Source of the DNA: a virus
IMG/VR virus record: IMGVR_UViG_3300000553_000005
Span: 75,817 to 139,816 of that record
Length of the DNA: 64,000 nucleotides
Direction: 5' to 3' (one strand)
The notes under the pieces were generated by a model that ran no database searches, had not been told where the DNA came from, and saw only the letters and a list, made by a program, of their open reading frames with translations. Positions 1 to 10,361 of the stretch are shown one piece after another (within the stretch, counting starts at the first letter, position 1; every line of letters starts with the position of its first letter). The translations under genes and the position numbers were made by a program.

Positions 1-2
1 GG

Positions 3-854
3 TTGGTGGGAGATGAAGATTTAAATATAGACGGTCTTATTTCGGCAGTTGAAGTTATGATTGTTCACCTAAAAGAAATGAAGAAGATCGCTAACGAAAA
101 ATATAAGCTTGGGGCGGATCAAGCTAATGCCTCTATTACTAATCTTCCGTTTAATGGGGTATCCGAAGGTAGTCAATTCTCCCTTCTTAAGCAACGTTGG
201 GATATGAAATCAGAAATTAAATCAGATCCGGAATATGATGATATTATAACCGAAGAAGAACCAGCATATATTCAAAAACAGGAACGCCAACATACGGAAA
301 TTCCAGAAGGTATTCACAAGATTATCAGTTCTCCTTCAGTGTTATTTGATGATGAAGTAACTGCTGAAGACCTAGAAACCAAAGCTCAAGAATGGCGCGA
401 ACAAGTAGAAAGAACTGCTGAAGGTGCCTATAGTAAGGCTGAGGATATGTTTCGTAGTTTATCCGAAGAAGAGTTAGCTAAGGTTAAGCCTATCACAGAG
501 GAACAAGTTCATCAAGCTTTAGAAGAAGGAGCTAGGGATGTTGCTATAGCGACAGGAAAGACAGTGATTATAGAAGATTCTTTTGCAGGAACTGTCAAAA
601 TTACTGATACTAAAGCTGAATTAGTCCCATTAAAGAAGCGCACCATTAGTTTTGATGATGAAGATGACATGGAAGTTATTTCTGAATCAAAGCCAGCGAA
701 AAAACCAGTAATAGAAGAAGTAATCTCTCCCAAAAAGAAGAAAGTAATTTCTTTTGATGATGAGGATATAGATTTTGGAATGGCTATTCCTGAACCAAAG
801 TCGCCAGTAAGTAGGAAGAAAATTGATTTTGATGCGGAAGAATCCCCTTTTTAA
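3..854 (+). CDS. Acidic hypothetical protein, probably 5'-truncated by the window
   Basis: Open frame from the window edge; D/E-rich, with repeated (I/V)xFD(D/A)E motifs near the C-terminus. Confidence 0.6.
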   Translation: MVGDEDLNIDGLISAVEVMIVHLKEMKKIANEKYKLGADQANASITNLPFNGVSEGSQFSLLKQRWDMKSEIKSDPEYDDIITEEEPAYIQKQERQHTEIPEGIHKIISSPSVLFDDEVTAEDLETKAQEWREQVERTAEGAYSKAEDMFRSLSEEELAKVKPITEEQVHQALEEGARDVAIATGKTVIIEDSFAGTVKITDTKAELVPLKKRTISFDDEDDMEVISESKPAKKPVIEEVISPKKKKVISFDDEDIDFGMAIPEPKSPVSRKKIDFDAEESPF

Positions 855-882
855 TTAGTAATAACCTAACAGGAGGCCACTA

Positions 883-1644
883 ATGGCAAAGCATTTTGAA
901 GATGAGGATGAACTACCTAAGAAGTCCAGCAAGAAGGCGGCTGTGATGGATGATGAGGATGAAGTTACAGATAAGAAGACATCGACTCCTGCTATTGTAG
1001 TTTCAGAAGACGATGATTGCGAGTTCGGTGATCAGAAGTTGATGCGCCGTGGGGACGGTCTTGATCGTGTTCGTCCTGCTAAGGGAGATGCGGTTCGTTT
1101 CGCCATCTATCCTGGAATCAAACCTAAGAAGGCCATGAACCATTACATTGACAAGAAGGGCACCTATCGTTGCCTCACTACTGAAGAAGCAGAGGGTATT
1201 TGTTGTAAACAACTTGGTCAACCCAACCTTCAAATCGTGGCTATCGTGGTGCATTATACTAATGCTAATACCAAGACCGGAAAGTACGCTCCAGACAATC
1301 ACGATACAGAGTTTGAAATCAAATATGTGAACCTTTCCAGAACCAACTTTGCAGACATTTCTGCTTTGGTTCAGGAAGATGAGAAAGCCGATGATTTTGA
1401 TATCGTCATGACTCATCGTGAGAACGGTATTGGTTATAAGATGGCGAGAGTAAGTAAGGAAGCTCGTTGGAAGAAAGATAAGACCGTGACTAAAGCGGTT
1501 ATTGAAGCTGTGGCTAAGTTTGAAGATGGGGCCTTGCTCACTAAGAAGCTTGGTAAGTACCTTAATCCTATTGAATGGAAGCAATTCCTCTCTACTCTGG
1601 ATACCACCTCTGAAGATGAGGATGGTGATAACAGCGATCTGTAA
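883..1644 (+). CDS. Probable phage single-stranded DNA-binding protein
   Basis: AGGAGG RBS; acidic C-tail (SEDEDGDNSDL); His/Cys cluster; next to resolvase and RecA. Function inferred from context. Confidence 0.5.
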   Translation: MAKHFEDEDELPKKSSKKAAVMDDEDEVTDKKTSTPAIVVSEDDDCEFGDQKLMRRGDGLDRVRPAKGDAVRFAIYPGIKPKKAMNHYIDKKGTYRCLTTEEAEGICCKQLGQPNLQIVAIVVHYTNANTKTGKYAPDNHDTEFEIKYVNLSRTNFADISALVQEDEKADDFDIVMTHRENGIGYKMARVSKEARWKKDKTVTKAVIEAVAKFEDGALLTKKLGKYLNPIEWKQFLSTLDTTSEDEDGDNSDL

Positions 1645-1714
1645 AAATTTAAAAAGACGCAATCAGCAATCTACCTCCTTAATAATGGTAAAAGCGTCTT
1701 GAATTATCTAAACC

Positions 1715-2332
1715 GTGTCATCTGAGAAGGCCAGCCCGGTTTCTTCATTTGGAGTCAAAGTGGATTGGCAAGATCGAATTGAAAATTATAAGAAGGAAAC
1801 TGGTTTTCCTGAAGCTCTTTTTATTGGAGCAGATGGCCGTGTTGTTGGAACGTGGATAATGGGCAATAATTACGCTGTTAAATCCACTTTTTATGGTGGA
1901 TATCCCCACGGTTATTTAAAACGTATTAAGTCCTTATTTCCTGATAAACAAAATGTTCTCCATCTGTTTTCAGGTAAAGTGGACACTGTTCTTTTCCCAG
2001 GTAAAACTGTGGACATAAACGCTGAAAATAAACCTGACTATGTGGATGACGCTCAAACTTTAGTTAATGTTCCATTGGAGGAATTTGATTTAGTTCTGGC
2101 TGATCCTCCTTATAGTATAGAAGACTGTGACCACTACCAGACTTCCATGGTAAAAAGAACAGTAGTTATGAGAACTCTTGGAAAAAGATTGACTTCAGGA
2201 ACTCATGTAATTTGGCTCGACCAAGTACTTCCTCAATATCGTAAAGACCAATTTTCTATGGAAGCGGTTATTGGTATGGTTAAATCGACTAATCATCGTT
2301 TTAGAGTTATTACCATTTTTAGAAAGTTATAA
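1715..2332 (+). CDS. Small amino (N6A/N4C) methyltransferase-like protein
   Basis: Motif I-like VLHLFSG and catalytic DPPY. Confidence 0.7.
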   Translation: MSSEKASPVSSFGVKVDWQDRIENYKKETGFPEALFIGADGRVVGTWIMGNNYAVKSTFYGGYPHGYLKRIKSLFPDKQNVLHLFSGKVDTVLFPGKTVDINAENKPDYVDDAQTLVNVPLEEFDLVLADPPYSIEDCDHYQTSMVKRTVVMRTLGKRLTSGTHVIWLDQVLPQYRKDQFSMEAVIGMVKSTNHRFRVITIFRKL

Positions 2333-2333
2333 T

Positions 2334-3161
2334 ATGGTTAGAGCAAAGAAAATTAAACCAACTTTGGCAGAATTAATTAAAATCCCCCCTATTCATGATA
2401 TAGAGGAATGGGTAGTGGTGGGGATTGATCCTTCATTATCCCGCACTGGCCTTTGTCTTCTTAATAATTTAGGGGATCATTGGCGTTGGAGCCACATTGC
2501 ATCTCTGAAACCTTTTGATGCCTCCTATCCGACTTGGGTTCGTGCAATCATGATGGCAGAGTATATTCTTGCTTCAGTAAATAAACTAGATGGCTGTATT
2601 CCTGATATTCTTGGGGATTTTACTCCAACTAAAGGTTTAATTATAACTCTGGAAGCTCCAACCCCCATGAATGACCATCTCAATATTGTGAATAAAATCC
2701 TTCATACTATTATTGTTCCTGGTTTGAATATACATTTTAAAGAGGTGTATATTCAACACGTTAATGCCATGACTATGAGATCTTGTTTTGGCCTTAAAGC
2801 TACCGGCAATAACAAATATGAGAACATTCAGAAGGCTCAAGAATTTGCCCCTGCTGCTATCTATCCTGGCATTGATTCTGATTCCTGTGATGCTATTCTT
2901 TTATCTCAGTTTGGGCGTTATACGGCTGACTTCTTTTTGGGTAAAGAGTTATCAGAAATCCCCGATAGGATAGCCTTAGCCCTTTGCGACTTCACTGATG
3001 TAGAGAAAGGTAAGGGGAGAAATGCTTATGTAGTCAAAAAAGGAATTCTTTATAACCCTGCTTACTGGTTTAAATATGAACCCACAGAATACAGTATTAG
3101 TATAAAGGACGCACGAATCCCGCCTAAGAAAAGGCTGGAAGTTATCAAGACCATCATATAG
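2334..3161 (+). CDS. RuvC-like Holliday junction resolvase
   Basis: VVGIDPSLSRTG, LEAP and DSCDA motifs; ATG at 2334 directly follows the previous stop. Confidence 0.75.
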   Translation: MVRAKKIKPTLAELIKIPPIHDIEEWVVVGIDPSLSRTGLCLLNNLGDHWRWSHIASLKPFDASYPTWVRAIMMAEYILASVNKLDGCIPDILGDFTPTKGLIITLEAPTPMNDHLNIVNKILHTIIVPGLNIHFKEVYIQHVNAMTMRSCFGLKATGNNKYENIQKAQEFAPAAIYPGIDSDSCDAILLSQFGRYTADFFLGKELSEIPDRIALALCDFTDVEKGKGRNAYVVKKGILYNPAYWFKYEPTEYSISIKDARIPPKKRLEVIKTII

Positions 3162-3169
3162 GAGAAAAA

Positions 3170-4417
3170 ATGGCAAGGAAGACACTAAAGACAGCGACAT
3201 TCAGTTCTGGGGATAAAAAGGCCGCATTTCTTGAAGCTATGGGAATGATGGATGATTCTGATGCGACTACCTTAAAGATGGATATTGAAGAGAAATTCAC
3301 CCCCACTCGTTCCATTGTCCTGGATAACGTCTTACGCCTTAGAGGACTTCCTCGCGGTGGAAGAATGATTCATATTCATGGTAAAGAGCATGGTGGTAAG
3401 TCCACCCTCTGCTACTCTATGGTCAAGGCTTATCAGCAACAAGAAGACGAGCCTGTTGTTATCTTTGATTTTGAAGGTACTGCAACTCCCGGCTATCTCC
3501 GTGGTCTAGGTGTAGATTGTTCCCGCGATGCTTTGGCTGTCATGAAGCCAACTTGCGTAGAAGATGCTATCAAGCAGACCATTACTTTCATGAAGGCAGG
3601 AGTTAAACTGTTTATTTATGACTCTATTCCTCGTATGAAATCCATGGTTGACGAAAAAGAAATTTTCAATGGTGGAGCCTTCAAGCAATCTATTGGTGAT
3701 CATCCTAAGGTCATGCAAAAATTTTTTGATATCTTACTTCCTTACGCCATTAAGTACGATTGCTTATTTATTATGGTTAATCAGATTCGTGCAAGAATTG
3801 AAATGACCCAAGAGGCATTACAGGCTCAAAAATATGCTTCAATCACCAATGTGAATTACTCCCTTCCTGGTGGTTACTCAGTTCGTTTCACTTCTTCGCT
3901 TTCTATTGAAGTTAACGTAGCTAAAGCTTTTCGTGCGGGAGGTTACGCTAATGACCCATTTGTTCTTGAACCAGGAGATAACAAGGGGGACTATGTAGCC
4001 ACCAAAATTAAAATTCGTATCATCAAGAACAAAGCCACCACCGGAGGTTATCGTGAATTCCATCTCTGGCTTCGTCCTGGTTTGGGTCTTGATGATTGGA
4101 TTTCAGTCCGTGAGTTGGCCCGTAATTATGGCCTTATCACCAATAAGGGGAAGAAATATATTGTTGGGAACGAAGATAATCCAATCAAGGTATACGATTC
4201 AAAAGACGATGCTATTGAAGGTCTAGTTGTTAACCCTGATTATGAAGTTCTAAGCCGTTTGAAAGTAATTGTCGCTGCCGCGATTGAAAGCGACCATGGC
4301 GCGTATACTACTGAACTTACTGATGGAGATAAATATGCCGCTGGTGAGAAGGATATTGAAACTTCTACAGTTACAGTAGCCTCTTTTGAAGAGGATGATG
4401 ATGACTCATTTAGCTAA
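3170..4417 (+). CDS. recA: RecA/UvsX-like recombinase
   Basis: GLPRGG..IHGKEHGGKST Walker A, FDFEGT, IYDS, NQIR, PGG and IKNK motifs. Confidence 0.9.
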   Translation: MARKTLKTATFSSGDKKAAFLEAMGMMDDSDATTLKMDIEEKFTPTRSIVLDNVLRLRGLPRGGRMIHIHGKEHGGKSTLCYSMVKAYQQQEDEPVVIFDFEGTATPGYLRGLGVDCSRDALAVMKPTCVEDAIKQTITFMKAGVKLFIYDSIPRMKSMVDEKEIFNGGAFKQSIGDHPKVMQKFFDILLPYAIKYDCLFIMVNQIRARIEMTQEALQAQKYASITNVNYSLPGGYSVRFTSSLSIEVNVAKAFRAGGYANDPFVLEPGDNKGDYVATKIKIRIIKNKATTGGYREFHLWLRPGLGLDDWISVRELARNYGLITNKGKKYIVGNEDNPIKVYDSKDDAIEGLVVNPDYEVLSRLKVIVAAAIESDHGAYTTELTDGDKYAAGEKDIETSTVTVASFEEDDDDSFS

Positions 4418-4580
4418 TAGCACTCATATTTATTACGATCCAAAGTTCAAGCCCCAAGATGATCAAGGCTGTATGCACAAGGCTTGTCCTGAGTGTCATG
4501 GAACAGGTAGAAAAACGGACGGTTCTATGTGTATCCACTTTATCTCTTGTCCGTGTCCCAAATGCACCCCATATTGTTAA
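4386..4580 (+). CDS. Small Cys-rich zinc-finger protein
   Basis: CPECHGTG and CPCPKC; start uncertain. Confidence 0.55.
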   Translation: MKRMMMTHLANSTHIYYDPKFKPQDDQGCMHKACPECHGTGRKTDGSMCIHFISCPCPKCTPYC

Positions 4581-4589
4581 GGAGAACAG

Positions 4590-5225
4590 ATGAAAGATGC
4601 AACTGATATCGCAGTAGTACTAGACCGTTCCGGCTCCATGCAAAATATTCAACATGATACGGAAGGGGGATTTAACACTTTTGTTAAAGAACAGAAGGAG
4701 CAACCGGGTGAGGCTAAATTAAGTCTTTACCAATTTGATGATAAGTATGAGGTAGTTTACGAGAATATGGATCTGAATAATGTTCCTGCTCTTTCTCTTA
4801 TTCCTCGCGGCTACACCGCCCTTCTGGATGCTGTTGGTAAAACCATTCAGAGCCGTGGAGAGTATTATGCTTCTCTGGCTGAAGAAGATCGCCCTGAACG
4901 AATTGTTTTCGTTATCATCACTGATGGAGAAGAGAATCATTCAACTGAGTATACTCTGGATGCCGTTAAGAGCCTGATTACACTCCAGAAAGAGACTTAC
5001 AAATGGCAATTTGTGTTCCTTGGGGCCGATATCAATTCTGTCGCTGTCGGAAGCTCCATGGGTATTTCCAAAGGATCTACAATGGATTTTGCTAAATCTC
5101 CTGTTGGAGTGGCTAACACTTACTCCAATCTATCGAAGAATATTTCCAGCTATCGTTCTTGTGCTAGTAGAGAGGTGTCCTTCTCTGATGCTGATCGTAT
5201 TGATTCCATGAAGACTGATAATTAA
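4590..5225 (+). CDS. vWA domain protein
   Basis: MIDAS DRSGSM, TALLDA, IITDGEEN. Confidence 0.9.
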   Translation: MKDATDIAVVLDRSGSMQNIQHDTEGGFNTFVKEQKEQPGEAKLSLYQFDDKYEVVYENMDLNNVPALSLIPRGYTALLDAVGKTIQSRGEYYASLAEEDRPERIVFVIITDGEENHSTEYTLDAVKSLITLQKETYKWQFVFLGADINSVAVGSSMGISKGSTMDFAKSPVGVANTYSNLSKNISSYRSCASREVSFSDADRIDSMKTDN

Positions 5226-5236
5226 GGTGCCTTTGA

Positions 5237-6388
5237 ATGGCTAAGATTTACACGTTGTCAGCAAGAAATTTCCAGTCATGGCGAGAATTTAATCTCCCCA
5301 TGACTGGATTTACGGTTATTATTGGTCCCTCTGATCGGGGTAAATCAGCTATCATTCGTTCCTTGCGTGGAATTTTACGTAATCAAGTAGGGGCCAACCA
5401 TATTACCTACGGAGAAAAAGAAGTATCTGTAAAGTTGTCTTCGATTGATGGAGATGTAAAACTTTCTCGTAATGCTAAAACCACTGCTTATACTGTAAAC
5501 GATGAAGAATATAGTAAGCTAGCGGGTGCGGTCCCCCCTATTGTAGAGGCAATGAAGTTTAATGAGGTAGAAGTTAATGGAGTTAAGCTTGATCCTATTT
5601 TTGCTGGGCAGTTTGATTCTCAATTTATGCTTGATCTTAGTCCAGCCGAGTTAAACTCCATTTTTGGGTTATTTTCTTCTACAGAGAAATTGAATTCCGG
5701 AAAGAAAAATGCCGCTTCTAAGAATCTAGAATTTAATGCTACGGCTAAATTTCTAGCTTCTGAAATCCAAGAAGCTGAAGCTAAGAGTGGCCTACTAGAA
5801 ACCTTAAATGATGAAATGGAACAGCAGAGCCAAGAAATTTTTAAATTAGAAGATTCTTACAACTCTGCATTGACCTCTCTAAATCTTTTAGATCTGTTAA
5901 ACGCTGGTCAAAAGAGAAAAAGACTCTTGAAAAAGGCAGTCGGCTTTCCCCTACCATTTACTGAAGTATTAGTTAACACTTTAAATTCTGGTAGAAAATT
6001 GGTTCAATATACTAGAAGGAAGCAAAATCTCGAAACGATCAAAAAAGCTGCTTTAATAGACATTCCTTTTGGAAAAATTTTAGAACAGCAGTTTTTGATC
6101 ATCACTAAATTAATAAAAACTAAAAAACTTATCCAAAGAGTAGCGGCTTACAAACAGCTACCTATGGATCCAATTCAGAACGAACTTAATCCTCTTTTCT
6201 CTCTTGTCAGCAAATTGACTACTTTTTCCAAATTGAATAAAAGTGTCATCAATAGGAAATTGGAATTGGATCTAAGTATTAAACAAATAACCGAAATCAC
6301 CAAACAGCTTGATGATTTACAAGGTAAGAGTATTCAGTGTCCTAAGTGTGGGCACTTTTTCACTGGAGTCACCCATGGGCATGAATGA
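5237..6388 (+). CDS. SbcC/Rad50-like ATPase, N-terminal half only, ending at the zinc hook
   Basis: NFQS, Walker A GPSDRGKS, Q-loop, coiled coil, terminal CPKC; no ABC signature or Walker B. Confidence 0.8.
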   Translation: MAKIYTLSARNFQSWREFNLPMTGFTVIIGPSDRGKSAIIRSLRGILRNQVGANHITYGEKEVSVKLSSIDGDVKLSRNAKTTAYTVNDEEYSKLAGAVPPIVEAMKFNEVEVNGVKLDPIFAGQFDSQFMLDLSPAELNSIFGLFSSTEKLNSGKKNAASKNLEFNATAKFLASEIQEAEAKSGLLETLNDEMEQQSQEIFKLEDSYNSALTSLNLLDLLNAGQKRKRLLKKAVGFPLPFTEVLVNTLNSGRKLVQYTRRKQNLETIKKAALIDIPFGKILEQQFLIITKLIKTKKLIQRVAAYKQLPMDPIQNELNPLFSLVSKLTTFSKLNKSVINRKLELDLSIKQITEITKQLDDLQGKSIQCPKCGHFFTGVTHGHE

Positions 6389-6665
6389 AGATATTGCTGA
6401 ATTGAATAAGAGGCTTTCCTCCTTGGCTAAGACCCAAGATGAAGCTAAGAAAATGTTAGCCGTAGAGGAACACAAGCTTGGAGAGCTTACTACCTCTTTG
6501 GAAGCTGAGGGTTATGATGTGGCAAATATGACAGAGGAACAGATCGCTGCCTTGGTTGTAGAATTAACTGATAAGTTTCATTCAACTAAGGAAACGATTG
6601 AAGATAAACTTTCTGAAGTGGAAAAGCTATTCGCCAAGTTAGAAGAAATTAATCAGAAATCCTAA
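6375..6665 (+). CDS. Small coiled-coil protein within the Rad50/Mre11 locus
   Basis: GGAG RBS before ATG 6375; heptad-like composition. Confidence 0.6.
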   Translation: MGMNEDIAELNKRLSSLAKTQDEAKKMLAVEEHKLGELTTSLEAEGYDVANMTEEQIAALVVELTDKFHSTKETIEDKLSEVEKLFAKLEEINQKS

Positions 6666-7675
6666 TGAAACCGAAAATTGTCAAACTACCTTGGGAGAAA
6701 GTGACCTTTACTTGGATCACTGATATCCATCTATCTGCCATTCCTCCTGGTAAGCGTTCCCCTGATTACGAAGATCAGATGTTCAGCAAACTAGAATTTG
6801 TTAAAAATTTAACCACCAGTAGAGAAGCGGTGTGTTTGTGCGGTGGAGATATTTTTCATGTAAAGGGACCAAAAAGTTCTGCGAATCCTCTTCGTATGAT
6901 CAATCGACTCATTGGCTTAATTAAAACTTATCCTCTAGGCAAATGGTTTTCTTGTATTGGTAACCACGATATTCAATATGATCGAATGGACACAGTGACA
7001 AATCAACCTATCGGAGTGCTAATTGAATCTAATGTTCTCCATCCGATTAATTGGGAGCCTGTAATTTTTACCAATAAAAATGAATCAGTTAAAGTTCTAG
7101 TGGAATCTTTTGACTATGCGGAGGGAGCAGAAACTTGTGCCGCTATTAAGGCGGCTGGGATGCGCCCAGAGGGTATCGATTATCGTATTGCTATAGTTCA
7201 TGCCAGTGGAAGTCCAGGCGACTCTAGGGACAGTTTTGGTTCATGGATGATCGGCTACAATCAATTGAAGAACGAGGATTTTGATCTCATCCTGTGGGGT
7301 CATGACCATTCTAGATTGGAAACTATGAGAGTCGGCAACGTCACCCATATTCATCTAGGAGCTTTGTCTAGAGCCGCTCTGACTGAAACTGAAATTACTC
7401 GTAAGATCACCGTCCCGATCTTAACCTTTACTCCAGAAAAAGCCAGTATCAAAGAGATAGATGTTCCTGTTCTCCCTGCTGAACAAATTTTTAGGAAAGA
7501 GGATAAAGTCATTGAGAAAATTGATGAAGATAATGCCGAAGTTAAGAAATTTTTCAACGCTATGAACGATTCTGTGGATGGCATTACCAGCGAGAATCCG
7601 ATTGAAATCATTGAAGTTTTGTGTGAAAAAGACAGTAAGCTGTCTTCTCTTATAAAGGATTTGTGTGAATACTGA
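6665..7675 (+). CDS. Mre11/SbcD-like nuclease
   Basis: TDIH, GGDIF, GNHD, GHDH motifs; adjacent to Rad50-like gene. Confidence 0.85.
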   Translation: MKPKIVKLPWEKVTFTWITDIHLSAIPPGKRSPDYEDQMFSKLEFVKNLTTSREAVCLCGGDIFHVKGPKSSANPLRMINRLIGLIKTYPLGKWFSCIGNHDIQYDRMDTVTNQPIGVLIESNVLHPINWEPVIFTNKNESVKVLVESFDYAEGAETCAAIKAAGMRPEGIDYRIAIVHASGSPGDSRDSFGSWMIGYNQLKNEDFDLILWGHDHSRLETMRVGNVTHIHLGALSRAALTETEITRKITVPILTFTPEKASIKEIDVPVLPAEQIFRKEDKVIEKIDEDNAEVKKFFNAMNDSVDGITSENPIEIIEVLCEKDSKLSSLIKDLCEY

Positions 7676-8549
7676 TTCCGTTTATTCCAGGGCGAGTAGC
7701 AATCTATTGACTTTGATCAATCATGTATGGATTTCTGAAGAAGCTATGGTAGATTGGACTAAATCTCATATTTTTATTGAGTTGGATCGAACTACTAGAG
7801 CTTTTCTTATGGTTGGTAAATTGATAGATACTTCTCTTGTTGACTCAGGAATGAATAGTGGGTCAATTATGCCTCACGATAGACTTATGACAGTTCTGGC
7901 TCTTGCTCCCAAGCTTAATGATTTTAATATTATAACTCAATTGCTTTTAAATTTAAAGACAGGAACTCCAGGAGTTGATGATGCTAAAATGTATTCGGAT
8001 TTAACAGCGGCGGAAGAAAAATATAAAGATTCTGAGGATTCTCCATTTTCTAAAAAAGCAAAATTCAAAACTGGAGAGAATGTAACTGATTACAATAACA
8101 CTCTTGCTCTCGCCAAGAACTACAAAATTCTTTCAAATATACAAAAAGGAGTTAATTCGTACCGCATAACCCCTATTGGAAAAACTCCAGCTTTAGCCGA
8201 CCTCAATAATTTATCCAACTTATCTATTAATTCTCTTCTCCCTTACTTGAAAGGTTCTGAGCTTTATTTATTTGATACAACGGCTGTGTTGTTACATATT
8301 AGAGCAAAAGAGACAACCGATGGGATAATCGCTGATGGTCTTCAGTATTATATTAAGAGTGAGAGTGGAGGGGATATTGTAAAAAAGGCAATTGCCTCTA
8401 GATATTTAACTTGGGAGATTTTAAAGGAAAAAGGTGTTATGAATATTGTTCCTCGTTATGAATCATTATTAGTAACTGGAATGTCAGATGGGCTAAAAAA
8501 TCTTTTGGATATCGGATTATTGGTGAAACTAAATGGACCTGAAAAATGA
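7665..8549 (+). CDS. Hypothetical protein
   Basis: 294-aa ORF overlapping its neighbours in the operon. Confidence 0.6.
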   Translation: MNTDSVYSRASSNLLTLINHVWISEEAMVDWTKSHIFIELDRTTRAFLMVGKLIDTSLVDSGMNSGSIMPHDRLMTVLALAPKLNDFNIITQLLLNLKTGTPGVDDAKMYSDLTAAEEKYKDSEDSPFSKKAKFKTGENVTDYNNTLALAKNYKILSNIQKGVNSYRITPIGKTPALADLNNLSNLSINSLLPYLKGSELYLFDTTAVLLHIRAKETTDGIIADGLQYYIKSESGGDIVKKAIASRYLTWEILKEKGVMNIVPRYESLLVTGMSDGLKNLLDIGLLVKLNGPEK

Positions 8550-8757
8550 AGTTAAGGCTAAAATTCTTGCCAGAGATAACTCCTGGAAAGAATTTGTCAA
8601 AGAAAATGGCTCTGAGAAAATTAAAGACGCTTTCGTTGAATTAGTCGTTTCCTCCTTGAGAGAGGGTAAGTCCCCTATTTCTAAAGAAGTTCTAAAATCC
8701 ATTATATTCGATGGAGCGACTATTACGGAAGCTGATATATTTATGAGATTAAAATAA
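8533..8757 (+). CDS. Hypothetical protein
   Basis: Short ORF in the operon. Confidence 0.5.
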   Translation: MDLKNEVKAKILARDNSWKEFVKENGSEKIKDAFVELVVSSLREGKSPISKEVLKSIIFDGATITEADIFMRLK

Positions 8758-8758
8758 T

Positions 8759-8789
8759 TCACCTCACTTCTGCCAATATCCGGTATAAT
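8759..8789 (+). promoter_or_regulatory. Putative early promoter (hexamer-N19-TATAAT family)
   Basis: TCACCT-19nt-TATAAT; the same spacing recurs at about ten intergenic sites. Confidence 0.6.
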
Positions 8790-8805
8790 ATAGACAGAGG
8801 TGTAT

Positions 8806-9525
8806 ATGAACGAACTGATCAAACTCGCCAACGCCAAGCTTGATTCTGAAGAGAAGGCTTGTGCTAGGGAGCGAGAAGAAGTGCTTAAGGAACAAAGTAT
8901 TATGGCCGAAGCCATGTATACAGATTACCAATCTACCTTAAGTTCTATTCTGACTGCTACTTTGAAAAATGAGCTTCAGTTAAACAGAGTGTATCGTTCT
9001 GACCAAGCTCCAGATGAATGTCCTTATATGGATTGGAGATTGAAAAATGAAATTATCCCAGGTTCTTTAGTTTGTTTTGGAGAATTTAAGTATGAAAGAG
9101 AAGCCGATGGGAAGATTTATGTATTTCCAGTGAGGCTTATTCTGACTAAAGAATATGGGGACTTTAAAATTCTTTTCTGGCTCTACAATTCCTATACAGG
9201 TGTGCGAAGAGAAGAATTAAATATAAAAAATAATTTGGAAGAGCAAATCGGTCTGATTCTTTTGGAACGGGCGGGGTGTGTTAATAATCAATTTATTAAA
9301 AATCCTGGAACTCCTTTTAGAACAACTGTTGAGTTCCTTGCTTGGGCTTGTTGGACCGCTATGTTGGTTGGTGCAAGCATGGCTTTCTACGCTGTTTGGG
9401 GAAGGAATATAATAGAGAATACGTTGAATACCGGGAAGATTATCGCTGAGTACGGATTTTTTGGGAATTTGGTAGTCCTCCCTCTCAGTGTCATTGCATC
9501 TCTCATTGAACGAAAAAAGGAGTAA
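8806..9525 (+). CDS. Hypothetical membrane protein
   Basis: Two C-terminal hydrophobic segments; GAGG RBS. Confidence 0.6.
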   Translation: MNELIKLANAKLDSEEKACAREREEVLKEQSIMAEAMYTDYQSTLSSILTATLKNELQLNRVYRSDQAPDECPYMDWRLKNEIIPGSLVCFGEFKYEREADGKIYVFPVRLILTKEYGDFKILFWLYNSYTGVRREELNIKNNLEEQIGLILLERAGCVNNQFIKNPGTPFRTTVEFLAWACWTAMLVGASMAFYAVWGRNIIENTLNTGKIIAEYGFFGNLVVLPLSVIASLIERKKE

Positions 9526-9529
9526 ATAT

Positions 9530-9775
9530 ATGAAAAGCTGCCTGTTGTCTATCCTTTATACTTTTCTAGCTATGTTCCTGCTAGTTGATTTGGCCCTAGC
9601 TATTAAGATAGGTCTGACTGAAGGATGGAAGGCTGGTATTCTAATCGGTATACCAGCCTATATTGGACTCAGCCTCACTGCCCCTTTTATTCTTTTGTTT
9701 GCCATTCTTATTCCATTGATGCTTTTAAACAAAATAGAAGAAAAGATCAAACGAAGTAAGAAATATCAATACTAG
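9530..9775 (+). CDS. Small membrane protein
   Basis: AAGGAG RBS; two hydrophobic helices. Confidence 0.55.
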   Translation: MKSCLLSILYTFLAMFLLVDLALAIKIGLTEGWKAGILIGIPAYIGLSLTAPFILLFAILIPLMLLNKIEEKIKRSKKYQY

Positions 9776-9782
9776 GAGTCTC

Positions 9783-10214
9783 ATGAAAAAATTTAAGAAG
9801 CCTAAGCCAGTAAAGAAAATCCGTAGGTCAGGACGTTGGATCAAGTGGAATAATAAACTTGATCAGTATGGCATTTTGATTGAATTGGCTGATGTGTCTC
9901 ACCTCAGTAAGAGAGCTTTTTCCACAGGCTATCTCTCTCCAAAAGTCCTTAAAAAATGGCGGAATAAGAGCAAGAAAAGGCTGGATTCTGGCTATTGTAA
10001 ACGTCCCAATAAATGTGTTTGGTTACCCGCGACTATTTTTAAGAAAGAGATTTTTAGTAAATATTCCCCTCCTAAATTTTGGTGGAGATGTCTGAAATGT
10101 GGTTGTGTTACTAATTATGTATGGGAACACGAACTATCTGAGCCTATGCTCAATGCTTATCGAAAACACACTAGAGTTTTTGGTGAAGAGGCAGAGGAAC
10201 TCATTGAGGAATGA
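9783..10214 (+). CDS. Basic Cys-containing hypothetical protein
   Basis: AGGAG RBS; CxxC. Confidence 0.55.
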   Translation: MKKFKKPKPVKKIRRSGRWIKWNNKLDQYGILIELADVSHLSKRAFSTGYLSPKVLKKWRNKSKKRLDSGYCKRPNKCVWLPATIFKKEIFSKYSPPKFWWRCLKCGCVTNYVWEHELSEPMLNAYRKHTRVFGEEAEELIEE

Positions 10215-10361
10215 GTATTAGATATATAGGTTCTAAGGAGATTACATGAAGGCGATTTGGGAGTTTGTTATCAGTGGGTTGACTCTCATTGGGGGCGCAA
10301 TCTTAGCTGGTGCTATTGTTCATACAGTAGTTAAATGTTTTATGCTCGGATGGGGTATTTT

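Noticed and set aside
1003-1662. Long antisense ORFs (also 44582-45091, 17736-18197 and others)
   Set aside because: They shadow well-supported + strand genes and have no RBS or motifs
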